This document shows positions 1-12,294 of a stretch of DNA of 64,000 nt, piece by piece. The notes under the pieces are model-generated. The model saw nothing but the letters and a program-made list of their open reading frames with translations, searched no databases and had not been told where the DNA came from. The stretch comes from Eledone cirrhosa (lineage: Eukaryota). A program made the position numbers and the translations under genes. Location of the stretch: contig OZ024747.1 in NCBI GenBank assembly GCA_964016885.1, positions 30,876,001 to 30,940,000 of the forward strand, given 5' to 3'. Positions within the stretch are counted from its first letter, which is position 1. Each line of letters opens with the position of its first letter.

Positions 1-146
1 TTATACAGAGAAAAAGAAAAAGAGAAAATAAAATGTAAATACCAATGTAAATACCAATGTCAATTTTTTTTCTCGGAAAATCTAAAACTAGGATATTATA
101 TAAAATAGGCATAAGCATTTTAGAAGAAACCTACAAGACATACTCG

Positions 147-178
<32 letters not shown>

Positions 179-217
179 TGCACATATACACGCTTTTGTG
201 TAAGTATAAAATGTATG

Positions 218-372
218 AGGCAGTGAATTGTCAGAGTCATTAGAACATCTGATAGAATGCTTTACAGTATTCATTCTGACTGCTCTCTGAGTTCAAATCC
301 TGCTGAGATCAACTTTGTCTTTTATCCATTCGAGGTCGATAAAAAAAAACACAAGTCCAATACTTGGATTGA
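218..372 (+). mobile_element. tRNA-derived SINE (Deu/Nin-like core), degenerate
   Basis: B-box-like gagttcaaatcc followed by aactttgtcttttatccattcgaggtcgataaaa; aligns by eye with copies at 32430, 37650, 40754 and 42613. Confidence 0.7.
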
Positions 373-869
373 TTCTGCTTCTATATCTCTTTCTCACTTC
401 CATTTTTTCACTCTCTATATTTCTCAGGAAGAAATCTGCTGTATTCAGACCTGGAGCGGGGATGAGTTCCACCAAGCTTTAAAATGCTCAGAAACAATGT
501 ATGTCAATATGGCGTCCCCATGACTCCCTCAGGTATATGGTCAGTCAACAAGGAAAACACAGGAGAACAATACAGTACAATGGTGATATATATTAGTTTA
601 ACACTTCATATAATAGGAAAAGATTATTGATGTTTGCGATGTTAATCCTTCATTGAAAGATAGAATGAGAGATAGAAGAAAAAATAGAGTGAGAAAAGAA
701 AGAAAACTGTGAAAATGAGTTAATGTTTAAAATGTATATATATATAAAGAACAGAATATATACAGAAGAACATGTATATATAAATATTCAAGATGCTTTG
801 CAATCAAGCAATTCTAGATTCAATTTGATTGTGTCTGAAAAAGTCCAAAGTCTGGAGCCTGGAGGCTCA

Positions 870-1055
870 TCAGGCTTTATTTTCGTTTCTGGGGATGTTA
901 AGTGAATTGGAGAAAAAGGCCAGTCCATTGCAGGGTTAAACCCCCATCTACTGCTCAAACTCAACTTAGCTGAGTGTACTGGAGCAATGTGAAATGAACA
1001 CAACTCAGTCCAGGAATCAAACCCCCAACATTATGATCATAAGTTTAGAACTCTT
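870..1055 (-). mobile_element. SINE remnant
   Basis: Shares cattgcagggttaaaccc...tactggagcaa...ccaggaatc with the copy at 10330-10556. Confidence 0.55.
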
Positions 1056-1095
1056 GCAAGAAAGGGGTGGATATACATATATACACTGATATGTA

Positions 1096-1126
<31 letters not shown>

Positions 1127-1355
1127 TTAAATAATTGGCTTCTGAATAGTTTACTTCAGCCAAGTTTCACAGAATTATCATTGGTGAGTCTGAAGCTACG
1201 CTAGTTAATACTTGTACAATAGGATCAAACCACATGGCTGCAAAGTGAACTTCTTAACTACTGACATGTCTGCATTCAAATATGTATGTGTTTGCACATT
1301 CACATATATACACACACATATACATATGTGTATCACTCACTCTCTCTCTCTCTCT

Positions 1356-1413
<58 letters not shown>

Positions 1414-1503
1414 GAGTTAAACAATATTCAATGAGTATATCAAAGAATGAGTTTTACAATAGATTGGAAGCACTCTATGTAAAATAATATTCCAGAGTTA
1501 TTA

Positions 1504-1986
1504 ATATTAAAATACAAATATTAATAAAATAAAAAAACCTAAAATCTTGATTCTTCACCCTAAAATAGCATAAATTAAATATTTTCAAACTTAACCGTTT
1601 AACTTTTGGAAAATCTCCTTCTACATATATTCCCTCTCTATATATTATCTCAGTGGCTCTCATTGACCGCTTTCCCTGATAAATTGTAGTATCATACATT
1701 TTAAAATCTCTATAACTGTTACATTAAGCAACGTTTTTCTTACTCACACATTCTCTATTGAATTTATTACGTTTTCGGATTTTCTCATTATTAGGGTATA
1801 AATGTTAAACTTTCTCTTAGGTTAATCACTACCTTGATTAAATCTTAACCATTTAATATCTCAGGGTATGTCATGTATCATTACATTTTGTCTGATGAAG
1901 ACGTACTGTTGTACATCTGAAATATGTATAATAAAATGTAATTGATAAAATGAAAATCTATTTTATTAATATTTGTATTTTAATAT
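1504..1986 (+). mobile_element. Penelope-like 3' end remnant with inverted terminal copy
   Basis: 1504-1531 is the reverse complement of 1959-1986; contains a hammerhead motif; followed by (TA)n. Confidence 0.6.
1881..1941 (+). ncRNA. Type I hammerhead ribozyme motif
   Basis: ttacattttgt-CTGATGA-agacgtac(tgtt)gtacatct-GAAA-tatgta-TA-ataaaatgtaa; 11-bp stem I, 8-bp stem II with one mismatch, AUA cleavage triplet. Confidence 0.8.
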
Positions 1987-2343
1987 ATATATATATATAT
2001 ATATATACATTAAACACAATGTGCATATTTGTATTTGTGTATGTACATAGCAATGGTACTATTTGTGTGCAAAAAGGTGCTTAGAGTTGTTGGCAAGATG
2101 GTTAATAATTTTGTGTCGTCAGACGTCATAGTTTCAATATATCCATGCCCAGGAAATATGTATGTGTGTGTGTATGTGTGTATGTATATATATATGCATA
2201 TTCCACATATGCCAAGTTCAAAATAGAATTGTATTGTTTTAAACAAGAGATAAGAAACCTACTTTCAAATCAAACTGTTATCAAGGAAATGATATCCCAT
2301 AGTAACTAGTTCCAACTAATTTGAACTCAAACTCAAATATATA

Positions 2344-2405
<62 letters not shown>

Positions 2406-3409
2406 TGTATGTATGTATGTATGTATATATATATATGTATATATATATATGTATATATATATATGTATATATATATATGTATATGTATGTATGTATGTAT
2501 GTATATATATATATACGGTATGTATATATATATATATATGGTCACTGGACTCGGGAATGTCACGACAGAAGTTTGTGGAAGTTACACAAATATTTTAGTA
2601 TATTTTAGCAGAGCAATCCTTATTTATATCTTACATTTTACATTTACTTACATATCAATATAACATGGCTAAAATTCAAATTTTGCAAAGAGAAGAAAAC
2701 GGTCAAATGAACTAGATACATCTCACTGTCCCCACCACCACAATAACGTCTACACTCTCTCCCCACCATCACATGTCATTACCATACCATACCCTATCTA
2801 AACTAAAGTCATCGACTTGTTGTCAAACTCTCTACTCTCTGTTGAATGTGTATATAGTAGAATAATCGAGAATCAGAATATCAGCCCACGAAATCACGAT
2901 AAACAATATCCGATATATGTGGCAGAGGGCTCAATAATTTGGAAAAATCAGAGCTATAACTATCGTTAAAATACCAACACATAGAGGTCATGCCTAAAAT
3001 CACCCATGCAGCCGAAAATAAACGACCAGGAAGATTCGGGTCACTCAAATAAAATATCAATAAATTAATAAATTAAATGAATGTGTATATACATCACTCA
3101 GTCAAACGACCAGATTTCAACCCCAACATCTACAACAACAACAACACCGGCACTAATGTTTACAGCAACAACAGCTTCAGAATGAACTGAAATGAACATT
3201 TACAACAACAACAACAACAGCGGCATCAAAACATAAAAAAAGGAAGGGAAAAGAAAAGAAAAGGGAAAAAAAAAAAACATCAAAATAACAAAACACACAC
3301 ACACACGCACACAACACAACAACTTCAACTGCCACCACCACCACCACCGCCACCGCCGCCGCCATCACCATCACCAGCGACCGGGCCTTAAGAAAACAAC
3401 TTTAATAAT

Positions 3410-3558
3410 AATTTTTCTGCTTTTGGCACGGATCCAGCGACTGGCCAGCGCATCACTGGTACTCTCTTTTGTTGACTCCGTGGGGATGAAGGGCAAGGTT
3501 GATCTCGGCGGGATTTGAGCTCAGAGCGTGGAGAGCCATAACTCTATGCTGTAAAGCA
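3410..3558 (-). mobile_element. SINE (Deu/Nin-like core)
   Basis: Reverse complement of the 32430 family (ctggtact...gatgaagggcaagg...gggatttgagctcag). Confidence 0.65.
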
Positions 3559-3661
3559 ATTATAATAATACTGGACTGTAATACGATCGGCTTCAACTAT
3601 ACAAACTCTTGAAAGTCAACAGTTGACATAATCTTGTAATCATGTATCAGTAATGACGGTA

Positions 3662-3693
<32 letters not shown>

Positions 3694-3835
3694 AAGTGAG
3701 TAGAGTAGCGTGTGTGTGTGTTTGTTTGTATGTATGTGTTGCTGTGTGCGCGCATATGTATGCGTGTGTGTGTATGTCGTACGTATAAGTGTCAATAAGT
3801 GATTTTTTTTTTTTTTTTTTGCGCGGGGACATAGA

Positions 3836-6800
3836 AATAATCGGGCTGGATGCCCGATCGCGCAGTTAAACCACTGGGAGTGAAGAACCCCTAGCCCTTG
3901 TCAGGGCATTCTTCTAGGAGAAGGCATCTCAGGAAACTGGGTTAACTCCGATATAAAACCTGCGGCTCAGTAGTTACCAATGATGTTGATCTTTTCTTCT
4001 TTTCGGGTTATAGCTACTGTCGCTCAGAGAGTGGGATTGGCTCAGTGCACAGTCTTTCCTCACTTTAAAAATATTCGTCATGCACAGGCATTGCACGAGT
4101 GCATTAATAATTATTAATAGTGTACTATTATTATTATTATTATTACTATTATTATTACTTTTTTTTTTTTTTTTTTTTTCACAATTCAATGATGTTCCAG
4201 AACAATGTAAAAGAGATAATTGGCAATTTAGGTTCTGGAACAAAAAAGATCATTGGCAATAAGGGCAGGGGCCCCAAGTTATCACAGCCTGGGCCCGCTC
4301 GTCATCGTGCCATTGTAATAGAGCCAAACAAGGCATTTAGTCTTGGCTGCTGGAACGTACGGACGCTGCTTGACAGGGATTCCTTGGAGCGTCCTGAACG
4401 AAGGACCGCTCTTGTTGCAAAGGAGCTTCGACGTTACGATCTTGACATCGTGGCTTTATCTGAGACGAGGTTAGCTGGAGATGGTCATCTTACGGAATTT
4501 TGTGGAGAATATACATTCTTCTGGAAAGGAAGAGATGAAGGAACCAGAAGAGAGGCTGGGGTAGGATTTGCTGTTAAGACTGTACTTGTGAATAAATTAG
4601 AAGAATTCCCAGTAGGGATTAGTGAGCGTCTTATGTCCATGAGAGTTCCGCTGGACAAAGGAGGATATGCTACCCTGGTGAGTGTGTATGCTCCAACTAT
4701 GAATTCTGTCGATGAAGAAAAACTGTCCTTTTACCATGCCTTGAAAGGTGTTCTAAGAAATATCCCTCAGGCAGACAAAGTCAGCGTGCTTGGTGACTTT
4801 AATGCTAGAGTGGGTAGGGATTTTAACACATGGAATGTAATCGGAAGGCATGGAGTGGGAAAGTGTAACAGCAATGGTATGCACCTGCTGCAGATGTGTG
4901 AGGAGCTGGATCTGTGTGTTACCAACACCATGTTCCAACAAAAGAACAAATTCAAGACCACATGGATGCATCCTGCATCTAAGGAATGGCATCTTTTGGA
5001 CTACGTCCTAGTCAGGATGCGTGACAGACAGGATGTGCAGTGTGTTCGTGTTCTTCGTGGAGCTGAGTGCTGGACGGACCACCGCCTGGTACGCGCAAAA
5101 GTGAAACTAATCACCAAACGTAAAATCCGGGCTCCTGGTGTTACCCTGCCCAAAAGATTGAATGCTGCTCGTCTTAAGGATAAAAATGTAAAGAGGACAT
5201 TGGAAGAAGAGATGCAGGCTGCAGATCTTGGTGAGGATTGGCCGACCCTTAAAAAGTCGGTTTATGATGTAGGCAGGCGTGTTCTGGGATTGGTGCAGAG
5301 GAAACATCAGGACTGGTTTGATGAGAATGATGTACATATAGAAGACTTGTTGGCTGATAAGAGGCGTGCTCTGTCACGCTACTTGACGGCAAAACCACAG
5401 GAGAGGAATACGTTGCATGAGGAGCTCAGGGATGTAAAATCACGTGTTAGGCAGAGTCTTTCTCAGATGAAGGATCAGTGGTGGAGTGAGAAGGCTGGTG
5501 AGATACAAACTGCGTCTGATTCCAATAACACAAAGCTGTTGTACAGTCTCTTGCGTGAGGTTTATGGACCGTCTTCTTCTCTGGTGACACCGCTTCGCAG
5601 CAAGGATGGCAAATAACTTCTTCGTGACTCACAGGGAATTCTACGAAGGTGGCGAGAGCACTTTGATGATCTTTTGAATCAGCCGTCTGTCGTCAGTGAA
5701 GATTTACTCAATCTCATTCCAGAAAGTCCTGTGAAAGTAGCTCTCGCAGAACCTCCGACGCTTGTGGAGGTTGCAGTGGCTATTTCGAAGCTGAACAGTG
5801 GAAGATCTCCAGGTATGGATGGCATACATGCTGAGCTCCTACAATATGGTGGTGAGAGACTCCTGCAACATCTGCACTCTTTGTTTGGAAGGATATGGGC
5901 TAATGAATCCGTACCTGAGGACTGGAGAGATGCAGTAATGGTGGTCTTGTACAAGGGAAAGGGTAACAGGAATGATTGTGGGAACTACAGAGGTATATCA
6001 TTGCTTTCTGTCATAGGGAAAGTTTTATGTAGGGTGCTTCTGGACCGTCTGCTGACACACATTGCAGATTGTGTTCTTCCTGAAAGTCAATCTGGTTTTC
6101 GTGCTGGACGCGACACTACTGATATGATATCCTCAGCTAGACAGCTCCAGGAGAAGTGCATTGAACAAGGCTTGGATCTGTATCAGGTTTTTGTTGATCT
6201 GACAAAGGCTTTCGATACTGTCAACAGAGATGCATTATGGAAGGTTCTCCAGAAACTTGGTTGCCCTGATAAGTTCTTTGCTTTAGTTAGGTCTTTCCAT
6301 GACGACATGAAGCCTTGGGTTAATGTCGGAGGTAACATGTCGGAGCCTATCTCAGTAAAAAATGGAGTGAAACAGGGGATATTCCAGCACCGACCCTGTT
6401 TGCCATATACTTTGCAATGGTTTTCTGTATTGCATTCAGGAATTGCGAGCATGGTGTTTACATCCGATATCGAACCTCAGGCAGCATATTTAACATCAGG
6501 CGCTTTGCTGCAAAGACAAAGGTGTTTACATCAATCATAAGAGACCTCTTGTATGCAGATGATTGCGATCTTGTAGCGCACACAGAGAGTGATATGCAGC
6601 ACATTTTGAATGCATTTTCTGATGCTTGCACTGCCCTGGGTTTGACTGTCAGTCTCAAGAAAACCGTCGTCATGTACCAACCTGCCCCTAGTAAGCAGTA
6701 CACTGAACCAAACATCTATGAGTATGGCAAACGGCTTGGAGTGGTTCATCAGTTTGTCTACCTGGGAAGCACTGTCAATCGATACGGCAACCTTGATGGT

Positions 6801-7837
6801 GAAATCTCACTTAGGATTAGGAAAGCAAGTGATGCTTACGGAAAGCTAGAAAGGCGACTCTGGGGTCGGCGAGACATATGCAGGAGGACAAAGGTAAAGG
6901 TGTACAGGGCATGTGTACTCTCTTGTCTTCTTTATGCCTGCGAGACCTGGGTCACATATCGACACCACCTTAAGCAATTGGAGCGTTTCCATCAGATGTG
7001 TCTCAGACGGATCCATGGCGTTCACTGGAGGGACCACATAAGTGATGTCGAGATTTTGGAAAGCTCTATGCGTGACAGTATAGAAGCTCTTGTGCTTAAG
7101 CAACGACTCCGTTGGAGTGGTCACCTTGCCAGGATTCTAGAATACCAAAACAACTCTTCTATGGAGAGTTGGTTAAAGGAAAACGACCACCACATAAACC
7201 AAAAAAGAGGTATAGGGATTCCTTGAAAGCCTCTCTGAAAGACGCTAACATCTCTGCTGATACATGGGAAAATGTTGCTGCTGATCGTAATAAATGGAGA
7301 AAGACTGTATATGAGGGAAAAGTTGCCTTTGAGGCATCTCAAATCGCACACGAGAAAGTAAAGCGGGATGTGAGGAAGGGCATTGCTGTTGCACTTCCAG
7401 ACGGTGAGAGTCCTCCTATGGTGCTGACATGCAGCGTCTGTGCGAGACTCTGCCTAAGCAAATCTGGACTCGAAAGTCATCTTCGCAGTCATAAAGTAAG
7501 ACCAGTGGTTGACTACCAGGCTGCTGTTGGAGATGCTACTCATCATGCTTGCCAAACATGTGGTAGAGAATGTAAATCAGCAGAAGGGCTCAAGCGACAT
7601 GCAAAAGTACACAAACTCCAACCACAACCGACTATTCCCAGTGAATATTTTGATTGCTGACTCTGTGCAAGACATTTTAGATCATTGGCTGGGCTAAAAA
7701 GCCACATTCGATCGCAGCACTGTTAGTTGCTATCGTGTGTGTGTGTGTGTGTAGATATGCTTATGTGCGTGCGTGTGTGTGTATATATATATGAATATGT
7801 ATATTATTATTGTTGTTGTCGTTATTATTATTATTGC

Positions 7838-7868
<31 letters not shown>

Positions 7869-8105
7869 GTTATTAATGTATGTGTGTGTGTATGTGTGTG
7901 TGTATGTGTATGTATGTGTGTATGTATATATGTATGTATGTATATATATATATATATATAATCTTTTTTTTATTTTTTATTTATTTTTTTATTTATTTAT
8001 TATTATTATTATTATTATTTTTTTTTTATTTATTTATTTATTTTTTTATTTTTTTTTTTTTTCTTCTCGTGCAAAGGCCATACTCGATAACGAGGGGGTA
8101 GCCAT

Positions 8106-8111
<6 letters not shown>
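3836..8111 (+). mobile_element. Near full-length RTE/BovB-clade LINE, disrupted
   Basis: Putative 5' UTR from about 3836; APE endonuclease (WNVRTL, LSETRL, GDFNARVG, LDYVLV, TDH); RT (YRGISLL, FVDLTKAFDTV, LLYADD); 3' stem-loop gccatactcgataacgagggggtagcc plus (atc)n tail at 8075-8111. Confidence 0.92.
4189..7725 (+). pseudogene. LINE ORF: AP endonuclease + reverse transcriptase + three C2H2 zinc fingers
   Basis: ORFs 4120-5616 and 5674-6540 share a frame and are separated by a TAA at 5614; frameshifts near 6385 and 7130 lead into 6417-7226 and 7112-7660; TGA at 7658 inside the third finger. Confidence 0.9.
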
Positions 8112-8155
<44 letters not shown>

Positions 8156-8395
8156 ATGTATGCATATATATATATATATGTATGTATATATGTTTGATCC
8201 GTTTTAGCTTGTTAGCTTTTTTGGCTATGGTGGTTAATGGCTTCTTAACCATCGTCTCAGCGTGAATGACCTTTTTAACTTATGTTTATAGCTCTGGTGT
8301 CTTCTTCAGTTCCATGGAGCGCTTGTCAGCACAATATAGAAGTTGCGTTTCGCTAATTTCTACCCGCCGAAATGCGATTCTCGCTAAATTATATT

Positions 8396-8429
<34 letters not shown>

Positions 8430-8706
8430 ATTACATCCACCATAAACTTCATAGAAACTGCTTTTCATACCCAAGCATCTCTGCCTGCTTAATATGCTTT
8501 TAGACCTGTATTGTATTATGTGATACCTTTGCTATACTGTGATACCATTGATATACATAGTGCCATTGCTTGTTTCTTACCGGGTTATTCCGTTTATCTT
8601 TCACCGAAAGTGATTTTTGAATGCATCTCTTCTTTCCATGATATCCGGATTACATTGAGTTCTTCATACGGATTGGACACTACCGTAAACTTTTGGTAGA
8701 TTTATC

Positions 8707-8768
<62 letters not shown>

Positions 8769-8851
8769 GGAGGTGAGTTTTATTGTAGTACAATAAAGCA
8801 ATGCAGATATCGGATAAGAAGCACTCTACAATTTGTGGGACTGGAGTATGC

Positions 8852-9856
8852 ATAATATAAGATCAAAAGATGGTTAAAGGAGTTCCATATATTTTATTAT
8901 GCGCATTTCAAAAAAATTAGAATATTCATCCGCAATCATTATTATTTTTTCTCTCTATCATAAATCTTTTTAATCTCAATTTCATCCTTAATTTATTATT
9001 ATTTTTTTCTCCCCATCAACGAACTCATTATTAATACATATTAACTCTTTATTCGCACATATTATCAATTCAATCAATATACAAACTTTAACTTCACATT
9101 ATTTTTCTCAAATCCTTCTACACACAAACCTTAACAATTTTTCTCTTCGCTAATTTTGAAATTGCCACAATACATACATTTCTTTTTTGACGTTAGAATA
9201 TTCACCCACAATTATTATTTTTTTCTCTCTATCTTCATACATAATTTCCCTTCGTTAATTTTCAAATTCCTTTAATTTATACATTATCTTCCAACGGTTC
9301 CCAACCTCTCTATATTAAAACAATATATCTTTTTCTCAGTTATAAAAACTATCTCTTTCTCTCTATCACCCATCTCTCCCTCTCCACCTTCACTCTCATC
9401 TCCTCCCCCTTTTTTTCATCCTTTCCACCCTCCCTCCCTAAATAAAATATTTTTTCCTCGCACATATCCTCCCTTCATTAATTTTCAAAATTTTTAATTT
9501 ATACAGTATCTTCCAACGGTTTTCAACCTCTCTATGTAAAAAATATATCTCCTCTCAGTTATAAAAACTATCTCTTTCTCTCTATCACCCATCTCTCCCT
9601 CTCATCTCCTTCCCTTTTCATCCTTCCCCCCCCCCTCTCTAAATAAAATATTTTTCCCAATATCACACATCAATCTAAAACCACTTTTCATATGTTGATT
9701 TAAAACTGCACTATCCACAAGTGTTTTTTAGCCTTCATATCATGTTCTCCTATTTTATCTGATGAAAACACAAATATTATTGCATGATGATGTTTGTTTT
9801 TGAAATGCGCATAATAAAATATATGGAACTCCTTTAACCATCTTTTGATCTTATAT

Positions 9857-9860
<4 letters not shown>
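8852..9860 (+). mobile_element. Penelope-like 3' UTR/pLTR remnant with inverted 5' copy of its own 3' end
   Basis: About 8915-9860 closely matches 45275-46220, downstream of a GIY-YIG ORF; 8852-8913 is the reverse complement of about 9797-9860. Confidence 0.85.
9751..9821 (+). ncRNA. Type I hammerhead ribozyme motif
   Basis: tattttat-CTGATGA-aaacacaaatattat...atgatgtttgttttt-GAAA-TGCGCA-TA-ataaaata; palindromic minimal stem III. Confidence 0.85.
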
Positions 9861-9887
<27 letters not shown>

Positions 9888-9909
9888 AATATATACATAT
9901 ATCTATGCA

Positions 9910-9953
<44 letters not shown>

Positions 9954-10157
9954 AAAGGATTCAGGACCCTGACGGCTGAGCTCCGGCCGTTTCGACAGCT
10001 AGATCCGAACTAGATCCAAACTCGGATCTAGATGTCAAAATGGCCGCAGCTCAGCCTGCGGGGTCCTCAATCCTTTCATATTACACACTCTCCTACCCTA
10101 AGTATTGAATACTCTGGTGTGTTATGGTCCACCTGGAATCTTTCCACACCCTCTCTT
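9954..10157 (+). mobile_element. ~200-bp hairpin-plus-tail repeat, copy 1
   Basis: Foldback 9954-10076 plus tail shared with copies at 11483, 33811 and 35370; flanked by TA-rich repeats. Confidence 0.7.
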
Positions 10158-10329
10158 ATATACATTTATATATATACCTTTATGTATACATATATCTATA
10201 TCTATATCTATACATAAGATTTTTTTATTATTATTTGTGGCAATATTACAATATGACCCTCCCCAAGTATCTATACAAAAAATCTCTCTAAAAAAAAGTC
10301 TAAACTTTGTCTTAATCGAGAACGTTCAT

Positions 10330-10556
10330 ATGGCCGGTGCTTATCCCGTTTTCATGGCGTGAAGCGACTGAGAGTACAAGACTCCCCCCTGGACAGGACT
10401 CCAGTACATTGCAGGGTTAAACCCCAAGCTATTTTCAGCTGAATATACTGGAGCAACGTGAAGTGCTTCAAGAAAACAACATGCAATCCAGGAATCGAAC
10501 TCATGACATTATGATTGTAAGTCCAACACCCTTTCCAATAGGCCACATGCCTCCAC
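10330..10556 (-). mobile_element. tRNA-derived SINE
   Basis: Minus strand starts ggaggcatgtggcc and has B-box gagttcgattcc. Confidence 0.7.
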
Positions 10557-10577
10557 CATATATATATATATCTATCT

Positions 10578-11400
10578 ATATCTCCAACCTCATCTATGGA
10601 CTTCGCTGCACAGAGTGCAGCGCACCTATGTCAGACAGACTGGACATTGTCTGGTGGATCGGTTCATGGAGCACCTCCGAGACATTCGTTTCGGCGGGAG
10701 TTCCCCCATCGTCCGCCACTTTGGTTCTGCTGGACACTCTGCCAGCAACTTCTCCATCAGGGGCCTGATTGAATGTCATGGGACCCCCGCAACCCGACTT
10801 AGGGCTGAACAGCACACCATCTTCACCCTACAGACCCACACACTCCCAGCCTGAACTCCCCACCCCTCTTCCTTTAGCCTTTGACCGTACCCCTCCTCCT
10901 CCTCTGCACACACCCCTACTAACACCACTAAAACACTCCCAAGATTCACCATCTCCTCCACTTCCAGCCACTCCCACCACCTTGGTTCACCCTCAACTAA
11001 CAATACTAACCCCCACCCCCTCCTCTATCACCCGCACACCCACACCCTCAACCCGCGCACACACACCAGTACATATATACACTCACTCACACTATTCACA
11101 CACACACTACCACCACTAACCCCCACCCCACATCCACATCCGACCACCCCACCACTAATAATACTAAACATCCCCCAACCCACCTTCCCCCTTACACCAG
11201 CATACATACACTCACCCAGACCCACATACACACCGATACACAACACACTTCATCAGAATGAAATTTTATTTGAAGTGGATATCAAATAAAATTTCATTCT
11301 GACGAACGATTTCAGACGTCTGTGTCGAGCTTGTCTGTCTTCATGAAACCTTTGGTAAATGGAATAATTGTCTTATGTTGTTTATTACATAACTATGTAT
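10578..11400 (+). mobile_element. Penelope-like fragment: frameshifted GIY-YIG endonuclease plus 3' UTR
   Basis: NLIYGLRCTEC / YVRQTGHCLVDRFMEHLRDIR...HFGSAGH...RLRAEQHTIFTLQT; hammerhead motif at 11291. Confidence 0.8.
11291..11365 (+). ncRNA. Type I hammerhead ribozyme motif
   Basis: atttcatt-CTGACGA-(stem II including cagac/gtctg)-GAAA-CC(ttt)GG-TA-aatggaat; GUA triplet. Confidence 0.75.
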
Positions 11401-11482
11401 ATATATATATATATATATATACATATATATCTACATATCTATACATATATATATATACATTTATATAATCATATAAATATAT

Positions 11483-11680
11483 GGGAAAAGAGTCAGGACC
11501 CCGATGGCTGAGCTCCGGCCATTTCGACAGCTATCTCAGAGTTCAGAGATAGCTGTCGAAATGGCCAGAGCTCAGCCGTCAGGGTCCTGACTCTTTTCCT
11601 ATTACCCACTCTACTACCCATAGTATCGAGTGCTCTGGTGCGTTATGGTCCACCTGGTTCCTTACCACACTTCCTTCATT
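11483..11680 (+). mobile_element. ~200-bp hairpin-plus-tail repeat, copy 2
   Basis: Near-perfect inverted arms of about 55 bp at 11483-11600, plus the conserved tail. Confidence 0.75.
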
Positions 11681-12255
11681 ATATATATATATATATATAT
11701 ATATATACTACATATTATATATACTAACTTATATACCTGTTCATATCCAACATGTAGTTATTTACAAATCGGCATTATGTGCAGGGCTTTATTCAGATAT
11801 GCACAATACACATATCAACTGATGCACATTTACCTGTTTGTACACACACCCACACATATATATATATATCCATATATCTATCTATAAGAATGTAAACATT
11901 ATACACATACAGACAAACCTTCACACACACATGTGAAATTATGAGCACAACTCAACTACTAAAGTGATTATTGAGAATTATAAATAACAATATTCTTCAT
12001 AAGGAATGAAAATGTAAAGCAAAAAAAAAAAATAAACAAAAAAATAAAATAAATAGCAAAATATCTAATTAAAAAATAAATAAATAAAACATAAAAAAAA
12101 CAAAAACAGGAAAAAGACAATGTCATATAGCTTTCTTCGTTATTAAATTAAGATATTTTCTAAACTCTAGAAGCAAAAACATATTATCATTGCACAAAGA
12201 AATTAAATTTGTAAAGATAAAAGCAAAAAAAAAAAAAAAAAAAAATTTAGCCAAC

Positions 12256-12294
12256 CTGTTCCAAGGATGTGTGTAGCATCTTTCGGAATAAAAC
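12256..12294 (-). other. Candidate 39-nt host exon
   Basis: Polypyrimidine tract + tttcag | GTTTTATTCC...GGAACAG | gttggc; open in phase 1 (FIPKDATHILGT). Confidence 0.4.

Noticed and set aside
428-532. Exon-like segment with good acceptor and donor on the plus strand
   Set aside because: Stop codons in all three frames; at most a non-coding exon, with no further support
2115-2135. Minus-strand gaaactatgacgtctgacga
   Set aside because: Core motifs are too close together to form the required stems
3836-3975. Possible HDV-like ribozyme at the RTE 5' end
   Set aside because: Could not build the nested double pseudoknot by eye; needs a descriptor search
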